This document shows positions 61,754-64,000 of a DNA stretch of 64,000 nucleotides, one piece after another. Source of the stretch: Candidatus Krumholzibacteriia bacterium (GTDB lineage: Bacteria > Krumholzibacteriota > Krumholzibacteriia > Krumholzibacteriales > Krumholzibacteriaceae); contig CAWIIQ010000001.1 of NCBI GenBank assembly GCA_963836185.1, positions 704,001-768,000 on the forward strand. Direction: 5' to 3'. Each line of letters begins with the position of its first letter. The first letter of the stretch is position 1. The notes beneath the pieces were generated by a model that had not been told where the DNA came from, did no database searches, and saw only the letters and a list, made by a program, of their open reading frames with translations. A program made the translations under genes and the position numbers.

Positions 61754-63910
61754 GTGAAGAACAAAATGAGCTTATCTACGAAGATTCTTATCGGACTGGC
61801 CCTTGGTATCCTGACGGGCCTCTTTTTCGGCGAAAAGGTCGCCTTTCTCGGGCCGGCCGGCCGGGCATTCCTGCTTCTCCTGCAGATGACGGTACTTCCA
61901 TACGTAGTCGTCGCCCTCATGAAGGGTATCGGCAGCCTGGATTTCGATACGGCAAAGCTGCTCGCCAGGAAGGCGGGATCGATACTTGCCATAATATGGC
62001 TGCTTACACTGGCAGTGGTCTTTCTCTTTCCCATTGCCTTTCCGAACTGGGAATCCGCCTCATATTTCAGTCCGACTCTTGTCGAAACGGCTGAAGATTT
62101 TGATTTCATCTCGATGTTCATTCCCTCAAATCCTTTCGGTGCTCTGGCGACAAACGTTGTCCCCGGTGTGGTCCTTTTCAGCGTCGCGTTCGGGATAGCT
62201 CTGATCGGCATAAAAAAGAAACAGGGGCTGCTCGATATTCTCGATACAGTCGGAGACGGGCTGGGCCGGGTCTCGACATTTGTCGTCACCCTGGCTCCTT
62301 ACGGAGTCTTCGCGCTGATGGCTCACGCCGCAGGCACGATCGACTTCTCCAGGCTCCAGGGGCTGCAGGTATATGTTGTGACCTACCTGGCGGCGGCTGT
62401 GCTGATCACATTCTGGGTCCTGCCGGGCCTGATAGCGGCGCTGGCCCCGATTCGCTACAAGACCGTGATCATGAAGCTGCGCGATGCACTGGTGACAGGC
62501 TTCGCGACGGGGAACCTCTTCGTCATTCTCCCGATGCTGGCGGAGAGGAGTAAGGAGCTGATAGATGACGTCCAGGGTTCTACAGAAGAGACAGGCGATA
62601 TGGTCGATATTATTGTTCCGACCTCTTACACCTTTCCCAGCGCGGGAAAACTGCTCGTACTCGGTTTCATACTTTTCGCCGGATGGATGACCGGCTTCCC
62701 TGTTTCGATCGCCAAATATCCCATGTTCGCCGTAACGGGTTTCTTTACCTGGTTCGGAAGCACCTATATATCCGTTCCTTTCATGCTCGACATGTTCAGG
62801 ATACCGGCGGACACCTTTCAGCTCTTTATAGTCGTCGATAATGTCTTCGGAAGATTTGGTATCATGGTCGCCGTGATGCATGTTGCGACATTGTCGGTTC
62901 TGGGTTCCCTTTCCGCAGGTGGACTGATAAAGATTCGCCTCATCAAGGTAGTCAGATACCTTGTTGTTACAGCGCTTATCGTGATCGGTGCATTTACCGG
63001 AATCCGCCTTGCTTTTAATGCTATCGGCTCCAGATCTAACCAGTACGAATCGTTCGTCGGAAGGCCGCTCCTCTACACGCCGGCCGAGCACAGGTTGATC
63101 GATTCATCCAAGGCTGAGATTCCTTCTGCCACAACAGATGTATCCGCGTTGTCACGAATAACTGAGTCCGGAACGATACGAGTCGGATATCCGAGCGACG
63201 CGCTGCCCTGGATATTCCGTAACAGCGAGAACGAGCTTGTCGGATTCGACGTAGAGATGGTCCACAGGTTCGCGAAGGAACTTGGAGTAACCGTGGATTT
63301 CCACCTGGTGGGTCCCGGTATGGCCTCAGATCTTCTTAGAACAGGCTTTATCGATATGATGATAGGGGGACTGTCGATAAATGCAGCGGATATGAAGAGG
63401 GTGACATTCACCGCAGCTTACATGGAAGAGACGATAGCGTTTATTGTGGAGGATCACAGGCGTGAGGATTTCAATACGGAAGAATCGCTGAAGAATCAGA
63501 AAGGGCTAAGGATAGGGATAGAGGATAACGAATACTACATCGAGAAGCTTCACGAATATCTTCCCGACGCTGAACTCGTCATCCTCGATTCGCCGCGAGA
63601 GTTCTTCAGGCAGGAAAAAGGTGAGCTCGATGCCCTGCTGTTGAGCGCCGAGACCGGATCTTCGTGGTGTCTGATCTACCCCGAATTCACCGTCGCAGTT
63701 CCGCATCCCATGGTAAGGTCCGTTCCTATGGCCTTTGCCGTACGTTTCGGAGACAGGGAGATGGCCGAGTTTCTCGGCACCTGGATAGAGTTGAAGAAGA
63801 AAGACGGGAGCATCGAGAATCTTTTCGATTACTGGATCGAGGGGAAAAAAGTGCGGGCCGGGGGGAAGAGGTGGAGTGTGATCCACGACGTGCTCGGATG
63901 GGTGGACTAG
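61754..63910 (+). CDS. DAACS (dicarboxylate/amino acid:cation symporter) fused to a C-terminal family-3 substrate-binding domain
   Basis: LSTKILIGLALG, IPSNPFGAL, APYGVFAL; then SGTIRVGY...VGFDVEM...FT.AY.E, W..LKK.DG. Confidence 0.85.
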   Translation: MKNKMSLSTKILIGLALGILTGLFFGEKVAFLGPAGRAFLLLLQMTVLPYVVVALMKGIGSLDFDTAKLLARKAGSILAIIWLLTLAVVFLFPIAFPNWESASYFSPTLVETAEDFDFISMFIPSNPFGALATNVVPGVVLFSVAFGIALIGIKKKQGLLDILDTVGDGLGRVSTFVVTLAPYGVFALMAHAAGTIDFSRLQGLQVYVVTYLAAAVLITFWVLPGLIAALAPIRYKTVIMKLRDALVTGFATGNLFVILPMLAERSKELIDDVQGSTEETGDMVDIIVPTSYTFPSAGKLLVLGFILFAGWMTGFPVSIAKYPMFAVTGFFTWFGSTYISVPFMLDMFRIPADTFQLFIVVDNVFGRFGIMVAVMHVATLSVLGSLSAGGLIKIRLIKVVRYLVVTALIVIGAFTGIRLAFNAIGSRSNQYESFVGRPLLYTPAEHRLIDSSKAEIPSATTDVSALSRITESGTIRVGYPSDALPWIFRNSENELVGFDVEMVHRFAKELGVTVDFHLVGPGMASDLLRTGFIDMMIGGLSINAADMKRVTFTAAYMEETIAFIVEDHRREDFNTEESLKNQKGLRIGIEDNEYYIEKLHEYLPDAELVILDSPREFFRQEKGELDALLLSAETGSSWCLIYPEFTVAVPHPMVRSVPMAFAVRFGDREMAEFLGTWIELKKKDGSIENLFDYWIEGKKVRAGGKRWSVIHDVLGWVD

Positions 63911-64000
63911 ATGTCAGACGGGCTGGAAAGACAGGCGCTGAAAATATCGATATTCGGGTATTTTCTGCTCGGAATACTTGCCGTCATATTCGCCCTGAAG
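63911..64000 (+). CDS. 5' part of a membrane transporter, probably cation diffusion facilitator family (truncated by window)
   Basis: MSDGLERQALKISIFGYFLLGILAVIFALK begins immediately after the DAACS stop. Confidence 0.5.
   Translation, partial: MSDGLERQALKISIFGYFLLGILAVIFALK

Overview
GC-rich bacterial window. Secreted proteins ending in QNYPNPFN(P)...FlgD-Ig C-terminal domains, a Bat/MoxR operon and a V/A-ATPase suggest an FCB-group anaerobe such as Krumholzibacteriota or Latescibacterota (inference). In order it holds: a TfoX remnant, a VOC protein, STAS, an S46 peptidase, an EamA transporter, a membrane PP2C phosphatase, kynU, a modular C1A protease, a moxR-DUF58-batABCDE operon with pepC, assorted housekeeping genes including a GTDC1/DUF3524 glycosyltransferase, a cohesin/X-dockerin gene pair, a complete V/A-ATPase operon, USP, PTS-IIA, a compact dehydratase-like/activator Fe-S pair, bioY, two anaerobic sulfatase maturases, a trigger factor lacking its PPIase domain, a Ser-type sulfatase, a prolyl oligopeptidase, an S8-PKD protease and a DAACS transporter fused to a binding protein. 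Many genes, including atpA, are broken by mostly +1 single-base indels that look like unpolished long-read errors. No rRNA, tRNA, CRISPR or IS was seen. The best candidates for undescribed systems are (1) a translationally coupled cohesin-CTD anchor plus X-module/type-II-like dockerin-LVIVD protein, a non-cellulosomal surface display pair, and (2) an anSME-anSME-mini-trigger-factor cassette directly before a Ser-type sulfatase. All family calls come from recognised motifs; no searches were run.
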